Below are positions 1 to 11,900 of a DNA stretch of 64,000 nucleotides, piece after piece (within the stretch, counting starts at the first letter, position 1; every line of letters begins with the position of its first letter). The notes beneath the pieces were generated by a model. It was given only the letters and a program-made list of their open reading frames with translations, searched no databases and had not been told where the DNA came from. Source of the stretch: Phoronis australis. Lineage: Eukaryota > Animalia > Phoronida. The translations under genes were made by a program, and so were the position numbers. The stretch lies in NCBI GenBank assembly GCA_002633005.1, contig NMRA01000357.1:324341-388340 (forward strand), written 5' to 3'.

Positions 1-2923
1 TTTTGAGATTCTCGATACGTTTTTCATTCTTCGTAATCAATCAGACTATGGATATCTGTTGTTTGGCATGGAGCCCTTGTCAGATTTAATGGCTCTCACC
101 ATTTTCTTCTATGGTTGAAGCAGGCTAAGTAGTTCGTAAAATGATTTTAACCGAGCGTTACGCAAATGCCAAAATATTCTTCGAGAAACGGAGCACAGGC
201 TGCGCGTGGGCGATTGCATCGTTGTCAGTGTGAAAATTATGTTTAATACCGAATCAGTAAAATCGTTCTTATCTGTAATGTGTTTCAGGTGAAAGTCCGA
301 GCTGGGTGGTGGAAGAGAAAGCAAACAACGGAATGAAATACACTTTTCTTATCAACCGTAACCAAGTAAAGTCAATAACATGCATGTCAATACAGACTTG
401 TTGTTTCGATCAGATCTTAGTTGGTTGCATCTTAGTGTAAGAACCGGAAGGCAATTACAAGGCCTAATGAATTGGGACTGATGGTATTCCTAATAGTAAT
501 AGGGTTCGATTTCCGCCACCATCTCAGAGTCAAAGGCAACGCGTCCATTCGCTACTTTGGAATTTGCAATGTTAGGATTGGATAACTCCTGCTCCTTGAC
601 ATGTTTTCTTGGGTCGTCGATGTTTTCTATTAATTTATTGATACGGGAAAAGGATATAATTTTATATGGATTTCAAGAGATTGAAATACCCAATGCACTT
701 CTCTTAATTCAACTAAACAAAGTGTAAATACATCTATATCTGCAGGCAATCTACTCAAAATCCTGTCACCCTTACATGTAGGTTTCGTGATTTTACGAAA
801 TATTATTTCCCAATACATCGAGGCTACTTGCAACGAGAGAAATGATAAAAAGCTAATGCATTTACAAAGTGCATTAGGTTATCAATAGTAAATTACCTGC
901 TATCATACACTAACCTTGTTGATGACACTTCAGTCATACTTGATGGATGGAACACTTTTATCAATGTGAATTAATTCAGTCATTCATTTTTCTATAATTC
1001 CATCGCCACGTCACCGAATTAAGAGAGGAGTGGTGTAAAACGAATAATTCTGTAATATTTGCAACTACACGCTTTTACTGTTTTAAGTAACACTTTCGAC
1101 ACTACTTATCTGAATATGCAAACCAGTTGATGAGGTTGTACACAGTGCAAAACGGAAATTCAGCTTTCCGCTACCCATGCAAAACTGCTCGAAAGGAGAG
1201 AATTGCGAATAAAACATGAATGGCGCGTCATGATCTTGTTACCAACTTGCAGCAGCCAGCAGTTACGCGTAAATTCTCCGGAAACATTGTTCGCGTTAGT
1301 TTTTAACGCTTTTGCCCATGCCAAATGATATCGAATGGATTGCGTGAGCTATTGTTTAACTTGCATGATACCTACATGTTCTACAGACTTTGCATGGTTA
1401 TCTCATGTGGAACACTACCATTGTTTCCCTTTGTTGCATCTACAGGTCGTACATATATCATACCTTTTGCGGCCATCAGCCGGTTCCGATAAATGCTTTC
1501 CATTAGCTTTATAACTGAAAGAAAAAGAACAATATACACGCGTACCAATTGCTTTACGACAAGCCTGCGCCCTTGTGTTTTTCAAATAATTTACTTGGAG
1601 CGTCACAAGTTCGATTTTTCATTGTGTTAAGTAAGTTATCGCGAAGCAGACACTTGGATTAACTGCTTACCGATGTAGAGTATCTATACATAAATAAGCC
1701 CTACGTGAAAGAAATTTACCTTCATAGCGTTCCACGTGTAACTTTTAATTTTCTCACCTGACCTGGAATGTGTTACGACACGACTGGTTAACAAATATAG
1801 ATTATTACATGTTCTCAGTCGTTGTCTTCCGTATTCTAGAGCCCGAGAGGATTTTAGAGAACTATCACATGAGGGGCATCTTATAGCACATGTAGAAAAG
1901 TTATAATGAATCAATCTACATGTACATCCCTCGACCCGCTTCTGCTTAGGAACTACTTTCTACATGTATGTCAGAGGTCCGGGGTCGGAGGTCGTGACCT
2001 TTTAACAAAAGCCGAGCTTTTACTCAAAACGAATTGAAAATTAAAACAAAATGGAAAGAAAGTTTAATCTATAAATTAAGGTTTAGCAACCATTATAGCT
2101 TACTAAATATTCTATCATGCTAAGCTTCGACCGAAAAATATCGTCTGCTAGAGTACAGGTAGGTTACCACTGGTAGCTGAGTATAATGCTCAAGTCTAAT
2201 GTAAGGATGCCGACGACATGATACCTGTATTCAAATTGGAGATCGGTATTTTACGAGTGAGAGAAAATGAGATATAAATTTCACTGAATTAAAATACGTA
2301 TGTTTTTATGTAAATTATGCGTCTTATCTTTCATAGCGCATAATTGTCGGTTCAATGCCCTTTGTTAAACATGGGATTGTTTCGCGTGCTCATTTAAGGA
2401 CTCTGCTTTCACGTTCGATGAGGTCCGTCTCTAATTGATGCAACAGTAAAGCCGACGACTCGAAGCTCTTGCGGACAGGGTTTGAAACCGGCCTCGATTC
2501 CGCCAAAATTGTCTCCCTATACCACAATATAAGCCTCGCATGGCCAATAAAACCATGTAATAATCCACTTAGTTTCAGTAGTGTTGTTTTTAAAGTATGA
2601 ATGGTGGATGTGGTTGCCAGTAAATCGGACCTCGGTCAGCTCGCCCTGTTTAAAATCATATTTCTTGTTAACTCGCGGACAAGGTTGCACCTTTCAGTGC
2701 TCCATTTTATCACTACGTTTCGTTGATGTTGTGGAATATCAAGCGTTGTCTGCGTTGTTTACCGAACTTAAAACACTTACGCGAATAAAGCTAGCGTGAT
2801 TGTGATCATTATTTCAAGTACACGGCCATAACTCGCGGAAATTGATGATGTCGTTTTCTCACTTGCTCTATGGAAACAAAGTCTCGCTTTCCTTTAGTAA
2901 ACACGTTGAATCCTCACCAACAG

Positions 2924-2985
2924 CTGTGCCACAGGGTTCAGCGGACTGCATTGTGAAAATCAAACATCAACTACGAATAGGAAAG
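2924..2985 (+). CDS. EGF C-half exon of an upstream paralog (CATGFSGLHCENQTSTTNRK)
   Basis: Homologous to 23367-23428 with intact caacag/gtaagc sites. The flanking intron sequence (2740-3180) is also homologous to 23190-23620. Confidence 0.65.
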
Positions 2986-3730
2986 GTAAGCTAACGTACT
3001 ACAAATATAGATGAACTCCAAGGGAGATGTACAGATCATACGGCCTGAGAGTTTGGGTCGGGCAGCATTGCTTTCCAGAGTGCGTTTATATATGCTCGAG
3101 GGATTGGTCCATATACACGGTCCATTTACGCTTCTTGTATCTCATTTTTGCCTGGCATGTTCACATCTGCTGTGTTGGAATGTCATCGTCTGCTCTCTTC
3201 GTTCTCTGGGTCACGGGTTTACGTCTCTGCTAATCTTAAGACCTGATGGCATGAATAAAAAGGGATATTCTAAGACAAGCACGGCGACATTACCTCATAA
3301 ACGAAATTATTTCTCGTAATTCGTTCATCCAATCAGTGGTTGTGTGAAACAAAACTCGCTTTTTGTGGATTCATTTTCCTCAAGTTATCTTAATAGTCGT
3401 AGTTCGTCGCCGTACTTGATTTTTTTAATGTCGTCAAGGAAGCGGCCAATCAAATTGCACAAAAAAGTTTGCTTTATCAAGCCTCAAATGGGTAAACCAA
3501 TCACCGCCATCTTGAGTCTTGGGGACAAGACTGGCTTCAGTTTATGATAATTGTATTTACGAATTCCACTTTTACAGAAAGGGTTAACATGTTGTGTGAA
3601 GTCACTAGAATATGCCAAATTTAAAACCGCCTTTAAAATTCTGAAGTTCTTCTTTAAGGCGGCCTGTTCATCACCGGTTGCGCTCTATACTGAGCTTAAC
3701 TGTAATCTCACTTAATGTGTTACTTCACAA

Positions 3731-3819
3731 AGAGACAGGGTAGCTTAGCTTTGCAACAATGAGACGTTCTGTTTGAACGGAGAAGCATGTTACGATAAAA
3801 ATGGCACCAGTGTCTGCAG
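3731..3819 (+). pseudogene. Decayed EGF N-half exon (CNNETFCLNGEACYDKNGTSVC)
   Basis: Homologous to 22821-22905, but the acceptor AG is altered and a 5-nt tagct duplication shifts the frame. The donor is intact. Confidence 0.6.
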
Positions 3820-4089
3820 GTAACATAGGATTTCCTGCTTCTTCAACAAACATCGGCGATAAGTGCTTAGTATAGAGTACACTTAGTTGAGTCACTCACT
3901 CTTTGAGTAATCTGAATTTTGCAACTGGTTGATCTAATATCACATCATGCTGATGCGAATGATCATCAATTCATGTAAAAATAAACAGGGTAAATTATAA
4001 TCAACAATTATTGCCTGTGTAAGGAGTGAACCAATATGTTGGTTTTATTGGGAACCTGGAATCCAAATTTCTCACAGCTCAGTATCTGG

Positions 4090-4645
4090 ACCAGGTACTG
4101 CAGGGAATAGAAAACTGAATTTTGGCGCCAACCACTACGTTGTTCAATTCTTGAATAAATACACTGGTCAGCAGAAATGAATTAATTCAGGTTATCTGCG
4201 GAGGAAATTGTATTCGATTTGAAGGAGGGATCCTGCGGCTGAATGAAAAGTCCTCTTTTGTGGAGCATGCGCATACTGGGAAAAAGTTTCATGTCCATCT
4301 GTTTTTTCTCTTTAACTATACGCACCTTTATCCAGCCAGCTAACTGTATGAAGTATATCGTCAAAATACAGCTAGGTACCACTGTGCTTAAATCTTCCAT
4401 AGACCCCGAAATTGAACACAGCCAGGATAGTTCTACTCGTCACCTCGCCGTGAAACCTGTATCAACATGTAAATCTAAAGACCGGACGTGCATGCTGTAT
4501 TTTTTCTTTCTTATTCTCTGGGGGCTCCGTGGTCAGCGGACCTCTCGGGTCCTTCACGGAGTCTCCATAAGCGTAAATCTGTATCAACTGTATTTTTTGT
4601 TTTTTGACTTAAAGTGAATATAGTGTATTACTACTACTACTACTA
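4090..4645 (+). mobile_element. Probable LINE 3' end with stem-loop and (TAC)n tail
   Basis: GC-rich hairpin at ~4520-4567 and a TAC repeat at ~4628-4645. It starts where homology to the 23180 region breaks. Confidence 0.45.
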
Positions 4646-7600
4646 AATCTGGGAATCGAAAGACTCTCACCTTGCCTGCTATAGCCGTTTACGTGGAAAC
4701 CAATCTAATAAACGTCATTTTCTAGCGTAATCCTCCGCCTTTTCTAACAAGGAAATGTTCTGACGTCGTGACACGCAAGGGACATTTAATAAATTTTGCG
4801 ACATCTCTCGCGAGATGATGATAGCTTATCGGCAGCAAAACCTCTTTTGAAATTCGGTTTTACTGAATCAAAACTCTAAACACTTATAATGAAGTAAAAC
4901 CAGTTCCGATAAGAGATTGAGATACCAATTGCCATTTTGTTAATTCAACTAATAATATTTTATATGGATTTCATGAGAGTGAAATATTTAATGCAATTCT
5001 ATTAATCAACTAAACAAAGTGCACATACATCTACATGTATATCTGCAGGCAGTCTACTCAAAATCCTTGAACCCTTAAGTTTCGTGATTGTGCGAAATAT
5101 GGTTTCACAATACTTCGAGGTTATTTGCGACCAGAGAAATGATATGAAGCTAATGCATCTACAAAGTCTTCTAATTTATCAATAGTAAATTATCTGCTAT
5201 CATACACTAACCGTGTTAGTGACGCTTCAGCGATATTTGATGGATGTTAGATCTTCATCCAACCTGGTCCAAAGAGCACAAAAGCTGTGTCTCTTTCACC
5301 TCTCCACAAATTTCAAAAAAGTGTTTGGTTGAATTTGACTTGGGATTGTTAAATACTGTAAGCTTAACCATTTTCTTGCACGCAGGATAAGCTACCAAAA
5401 GGTCGGATACCAATTTCCAACCAACGAGATTTTGAAAAAGTTTTCACAAATTTGAAACAAAGTGTAGGCCTACCCCTTCCATGCCCGATCCTAAGAGAGT
5501 GAGCATTCACAAACCAAAATATTAATCAAATGAAGCATCACCGCTTTTCATTAATACAGTAGTAATACAAGTACAAGTACTCCTTTGAATAGTGTACCCG
5601 GAAGTGCACCCTTCGAAAGTACGTATGTACTTTTCAGCACACAGGACTAATAGTCAAAGTGAACCCCAAGCAATAGAAACTTGTGCTTCATTTATTATTT
5701 CGGGTGAGATTGCAAATACTGCATAACTGAAGTTACCAAGACGTTGTTCAGAAATCCGGGATGATGACGCTTCTCTCCATGATTGTTCGGTTCCCGCAGT
5801 ACGCCGTCGGCATCTGATACGTTAATTTTTTACACCAACGTCATGCAGTTGGCATCATTTCAAATCCAGAAAAGACAACCCCTCAAGGTCAAAACCATAC
5901 CCTGATTACGTAACGTCCATGGGTCGTGTAGTACGGACTCTTCGGCGTATGTTGGTTACAAAGACCCACATTTTCCTGATTGCCTCCAGAGGGGTTGCAC
6001 AACCGATAAGCAATTCAGCAAGCCTACTTTACGACATGACGTAGCATAATGGCGACGACAGCAAGGGTGTGGCGATGAAGTGGTATCACAGATGAGGCCA
6101 CGAGACAGAAATTGGTGAAGTTGAACTAATCTGAGTCACCCCTTTCCTTATAATATTTACCAACCTATGGTCGAGGTTCACTGTATAATCACTGCTAAAG
6201 GGTGCAGATTGGTGTAAATCGGGAGTCGTCTCGAAGAGAAACTTGATTTCGAATGCGAAAATCGATGGTGTCCACGGGAAATTGAGCGGTTCTTTGGTCG
6301 CGCTCTCATTTGTTTGCTTTCATTACCAAAAGTCTTACGTCTGTGTAAAAAAATCGTGTGGATTAAAAAAGAGGGGTGAAAACATAGTTAATTGTAATAC
6401 ATTTACAGAGACATGCACAAAACTGTTACAGAATTTGACTCAGGATGCACTGTGCAGTTCCATTTGGTTTTAGCTAGGCGCAAGGACATCATTCGACTTG
6501 TCTCCCCTCTGCAGAAAGTAAAACATGTTGTCTTCAGGCCTACACCTCCAAAGCGCTGCGCATCTTCACAGATGATCTGTTGGAATGTCAGACCACTATC
6601 GCCTTCATTTGGAGGTTGAAATGTGGCAAAGACGCCTTCGGGCTGACCAGGTCCCTGACAATGTTCGACATGAGCCATCGCAACATACCAAAAACAAAAT
6701 TAGTACGTATATATTCCGCAGATGTGTCCAACAGCGCCGACATCCAATCAGATTTTTGCAAGTTTGGATTGTTTGAGGACTACCTCAACTCTCAGCAGAT
6801 TCCTCTGGCAATGTAACACTGTTACATGGAATCACCACATTGAACAAAAACTTGTATTCGTTGGAAAGTACGTAATAGATTTCATAATTACGAAGATTCC
6901 GGCACTATTGTGCTATGTACTGCTCTCTTTAGGTTTTGTTTTCACAATATCCCCAGCGTAAGGGAATGTTGAAAACAGGACTTACATGTATGATTATGCC
7001 AAAACTCTCAAACGTTGCGTGCGTAAAAAGATGATGGAGTGACGATCAGATAAACTTAGACATAGTTTTTTATTTCGTTACGAAAATGTTTATCAATTTG
7101 ATTTAATTCAGTCCTTCATGTCTCTATAATTTCATCGCCACGTGACCCAAATAAGAGAGGAGTGGTGTAAAGGAAATAATTCTGTAATATTTCCAACTAC
7201 ACGCTTTTACTGGGATGAATAACATTTTCGAAGATGCTTAACTGAATACGCTAATCACTTGGTGAGGTTGTAGACAGCGCAAAACGGAAATTGAGCTTTC
7301 CGATACTCCTGGAAATCTGCTCAAAAGCAGAAAATTGCGAATAAAATATTGATAGCGCATCATAATCTTATTACGAATTTGCAGTAACCAGCAGTTACGC
7401 TAATATTCTCTGGAAACATAGCTCAAGTCAGTTTTAACGGTTTTCCCCATGCCAAATGATGTCGTATGGATTCTGTGAGCTATTGTTTAACTTGTCAGAT
7501 ACCTACTGTACGACGGGCGCCGCATGGTTATCGCATGGCATGTGGAACGCTACCATTGTTTTCCTTTGTTGTATCTTTGCTGGATATAACAATATAGGTC

Positions 7601-7970
7601 GCACATGTATCGTACCTTGGGCGCCCGTCAGCAGCATACCGGTAAATGCTCACCATTGAGTTTACCAATGAAAGAAAAAGAACAATGGATACTCCTAACA
7701 ATTGACCAATCGCAAGCTCCAACCTCTTGCATAAAGTGGACTAATAAACAATACGTTTTACTAGGCGACGTGTTATTTGTCGGATAAAATGGCGGCTTGG
7801 AAACGAAGGTGTGTCAATAATCTTGCGTTCTAAATTTGTCAGTTCAGCCGTCACTCAAAATCCTGGCGATAGGTCAATTGCTATACGACAAGCTTGTGCC
7901 CTTGGGTTTTCCAGATTAATTTACTTGGAGCGTCATAATATCGATTTTTTATTGTGTTAAGTAAGTTATC

Positions 7971-8480
7971 ACGGACAGAGGAACAACTGTCCCACTTGCT
8001 CTAGTGTCCCGCGACACCCTCCCATTATATAGTGACCTGAGCACACCAATACTTTAGACAAGTCCACAATAAACTTATCAAAGTTTGGGTCACCGATCTG
8101 TTCATTCAACGACGAACTGTACTCTTCACTGGGCCTAATTTCACTCCCACTACTTAACATCGCAGCAGGGCTGCTTGCAGGCCTTTGGCCATAATGACTA
8201 CATCCCGATACGCAGCAATAGTGTGTTATGTTGACTGACTCGTAAATAAAAGCAAACGACTACCGATGTAGATCAATGCCTGACTCGACAGCTCTCATAA
8301 TCAGACTATATGAAAAGAATTTGGCGCGAAATTCTTGCCTCCCAAAACTTAATTAAATTAATTATTCGTTCACTTCTCGGGAAGTGAACGAATAATTAAT
8401 TAAATTTTGAAAATCTGTCTGGGATAACCAACGAACCTTATTTTTGCTAAAGATGACATGATAAAAGGTTGCCTTTGGCT
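7971..8480 (-). mobile_element. Truncated, decayed copy of the same Kolobok family
   Basis: Homologous to parts of 63263-63555 and to the right arm of 33853-35164. It ends in ...GGTTGCCTTTGGCT|TTAA. Confidence 0.8.
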
Positions 8481-8971
8481 TTAACATGCGCTCGCTGTAG
8501 CGGATGGAGATGATACATGCCGTCAACCGCAAAAGCGAACTTAATCAAATTTTTTGTTCCACGAGTGCAGTGCAAGAATTCCCGGATTGACGATACACGA
8601 ATAGTGAGCTACTCCAACCACAAATGGCACTAATGTGTCAATACGGTGGTCGAGACTCCTGTTACTACCCAATCATCGACACTACTTTCAAATATAGAAT
8701 TCGAAAAAATTAATGGTTATTTGTGATCAGTGCAGACAAGAAATTTAATCTTTGATACATGCACAAGTATGGCCTTTTAAGATCCGGTTAGGAAAGACAA
8801 AGGTCCTATTTGGCGGAAAATCGATTCTCGAGCCTTTTAACATTATAACGTACAGAATTGAGTCTGCTCACGTCAATTGTGGGCTTTTAGTGACGTCAAT
8901 CAATTGTCACCTACTTGAAAGCATCACCGCAAGACGGCTTGCATTGATTGGAACTGTCTTCACTATTACAG

Positions 8972-8996
8972 ATGAATACCCAAAGTCTGTGCCTTG
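8972..8996 (+). CDS. Putative first coding exon (MNTQSLCL) of the ShKT-Ig-EGF gene
   Basis: tacag|ATG...CTTG|gtgagt. It ends in phase 1 and joins the hydrophobic exon at 10254. Confidence 0.5.
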
Positions 8997-11900
8997 GTGA
9001 GTGCATCACTGATCCATTTGTTTAACCATATGTTTGTGCCTCCAGATTTTTTTCAACCATTGATTGGGAATTCACCATTTGACAATACAACATATCGTGG
9101 TTCAAAAACATGAAACACACAATCACACAACAATTTACAAAAAGGATTCCCAATTTTCCATATTTCCAAACTTTGACTTATTTGAGTTTTTACAGGCTAT
9201 ATACTTTCTAAAGTTGAAATATTCCCTCACGAAACTGAAAAAGCAACACACACGTTTCGGTCTTTCTAATTAGAATTAAATTGTTTTCCCAGAAGTTATG
9301 ACATGTTAGATAGAAATTTTAGTTTATTGCCTTTACCAAAGGTTACTGTTTGGTACAGGAGAGAGTGTCAACAACGCAACCACCATACTTAACACTAACA
9401 CTGGCAATATATTAAGTTACCAAATTCAATTTAGCGGCTTTACAGAAGTTAAAATTATTGATACCTCCTTTGTTATAGCCAAGAACAATACGGGACCGTT
9501 TACATTTTTGTGTGAATGTGGGCAGGGAAATACCAAGTATGGCGGCTAGAAAGTAGAGCCAATCCATGATTGAGCCATGTGTCTCGGTTCGGGTAAAGTC
9601 TTCCGCGGGGAGGGTTAATTTGCAAAACGGTAAATTTGATGGGTTTCGTTCACGTGGCATCTTGTGATCAAAGGGAAAAATATACGTCATGGAAATTTAT
9701 CGAAGCTAAAACGACAGACCACTGGATAACTGTTTAGTTACATATTTCTCGATGTGGATACAGTTTCCAAGGAGGGTTTATTAATGTTATTGAATAGCCA
9801 ACTTTGTATTTCACAAATTAAAAACTTTTATCAATTTCTTACCTAATAAAACACTGCTATTTATTCAGCATCGCTACTTAATTGTAGAGAATCTTGTTGC
9901 TATACCAACGCGGGTACGCTTAGCATAAATTTATACATGACTCCATATAATAAGCCAAAACATGTATCGCTTCGACGCAAAGGCGTTCGCGGGGGTAAAT
10001 AGGTTATCCCACATACATAAAAGTAGTACATCGATAATCTGTCTCGAATTCATTTCATTTTTGAATGTCCGAGCTTAGCCTTCGGAGTCGTTGGTGTCAA
10101 AGATTAATTGAATTCTCTATAGGATCTGGCAGCAGTATTCCTATGTAGGCGGGACATCCTATACATGTACATCTGCAACATTTAAGTTGTTAAAACCCCC
10201 TTTGAAAGTGCTCCAGTCACATTGTTTGAAAGTATAGCGTGGTCTGCTTTTAGTTTTAGTGGTGGCCTTCTGTGGACTTCATCGTTACTTCGCGTCAGGA
10301 GGTTCGTGAGTTTGAACAACAGTGCATTTAATTGGAGTGACTCTCGTTGATATCAACCATTACATATATTTTGTGGATGACAAATATTGAAATGGTGCTC
10401 GCTTCTGTATAACATTGAGCGAGGTCTAATCTTTGTACTCAAACCCCAACGAGGAAGTATTGTTTAAAGTTATCCACTCTGATTTATTTAAAGTATAAAA
10501 AATTACCAATTTCATATCAAAAACATACAAAACAGCATCACCAGACGATCAAGTGTCAGATTTGAAACCCGCAGACACCATATTCATTAACTGATCTCGC
10601 GTTACGCCTTTTATTGGTCAAAACATACTACGCAGGGTAAGGACAACCAATCACATCATTATTGATCCTGCGTTGTGTTTGGAGCGAAAAATAAGAGCGA
10701 TATTGCTGCTCGTTTTACTGTGGTGTATGGTGTGAGAAAGAATTACGGAGTGTTCCGTTTGTGGTGGTAGTGTCACATCAGCATTTGAGCACTCTGTGAC
10801 TTTTTCATTTTCCCGCGGGACATCAGAGAAAAGCAAATATCATGCGCGCACCCAGGGGTGGGGGGCTCGGGGGCCTCGAACGAGCCCTCCCCATTTGGCG
10901 AAGTGAGAAAAAAGTCAGAGAAAATGAGACAACAGTCCACTTAACGAGCACAAACGCGCAATTCACACTGGTGCTCCCTTTTTTTTACTCCGCCGGCTAT
11001 TTTGTTACCAAAAGGTCCACATCTTTAGGAATTCGAGACCCCATATTGAAGTCTGGGTGCGCGCATGAATATGACAAAAGTTTTTACAAGTTGTGTGTAG
11101 GTGGAAATCATGCACCGGCAGTGGGTATGGTCATACGCCGGGCTCATGTCCGTGGAGCTAAGAAACATTCATTTGTGGTCGTTTTTCTTGTTTGGGATAT
11201 TGAATTGGCGGTTGTCACCTGCAATGCTATAAAAGCATGTACATGTTAATGATGCTGAAAATGTAATCACTTGTTGATACAAGATAAATGGTGGTTTTAA
11301 ACACTTTAAATGAAAGGTTTTCTTTGCTCGAATGAATTTCCCGTATATTCCAGCGACAAACTCAAGTATAAACGAGAGAATTTATGTAAAACTCGAAATT
11401 ATGACATCATACACACATTAGTGCTGGAGTTATCAAGCACACAGTGGAAGTAGTTCAATTTCGAATACAAAGATTAGAGCCATGAGTTTGCCACACATTC
11501 CACTAGTGTTGACATTCCATACAGATGTGCTTTAGTGAGAAATGACAGACCAAAACGTCGTCCCAAAGCAAGTAGCCCAGAGTTTGCTGTAAATGGACCC
11601 ATGTATTTTAGAAATGGCGTAGATTCAATATTAGTTCGAGTATATAACCTAATAATCAACTTTTTTGAAGGGCGACAAAATGTGTCGGCGTTCACAGCAG
11701 TATTTTTACACGAAATATCGATGTCTCAAAACCAGTAGATGGCGTTGTGGTAATACCTAGGCAGTTCGTTAGAGGTTATGGCTGCACATTGATTTAATCA
11801 TCTATTCATGTGTGCGTGTGAGAGAGCCCATGCGCCGATGAAACACTTTCTTTTTAACAAAACGGAGTTGCACGATGGGTTGTTGAAAAAACAGAACTCA

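Larger units (their letters stand above)
655..7970 (+). repeat. Old diverged local duplication: ~655-1640 versus 4955-5246 plus 7088-7970
   Basis: Collinear diverged blocks. The second copy is interrupted by a ~1.8-kb insert and ends at the Kolobok fragment. Confidence 0.8.

Noticed and set aside
289-440. Possible exon after tgtttcag (ESPSWVVEEKANNGMKYTFLINRNQ)
   Set aside because: The acceptor is plausible but the donor is ambiguous and there is no recognisable motif. It may belong to the upstream paralog but this is unsupported.
6243-6961. Cluster of short overlapping ORFs in the 1.8-kb insert
   Set aside because: No identifiable protein motif or termini.
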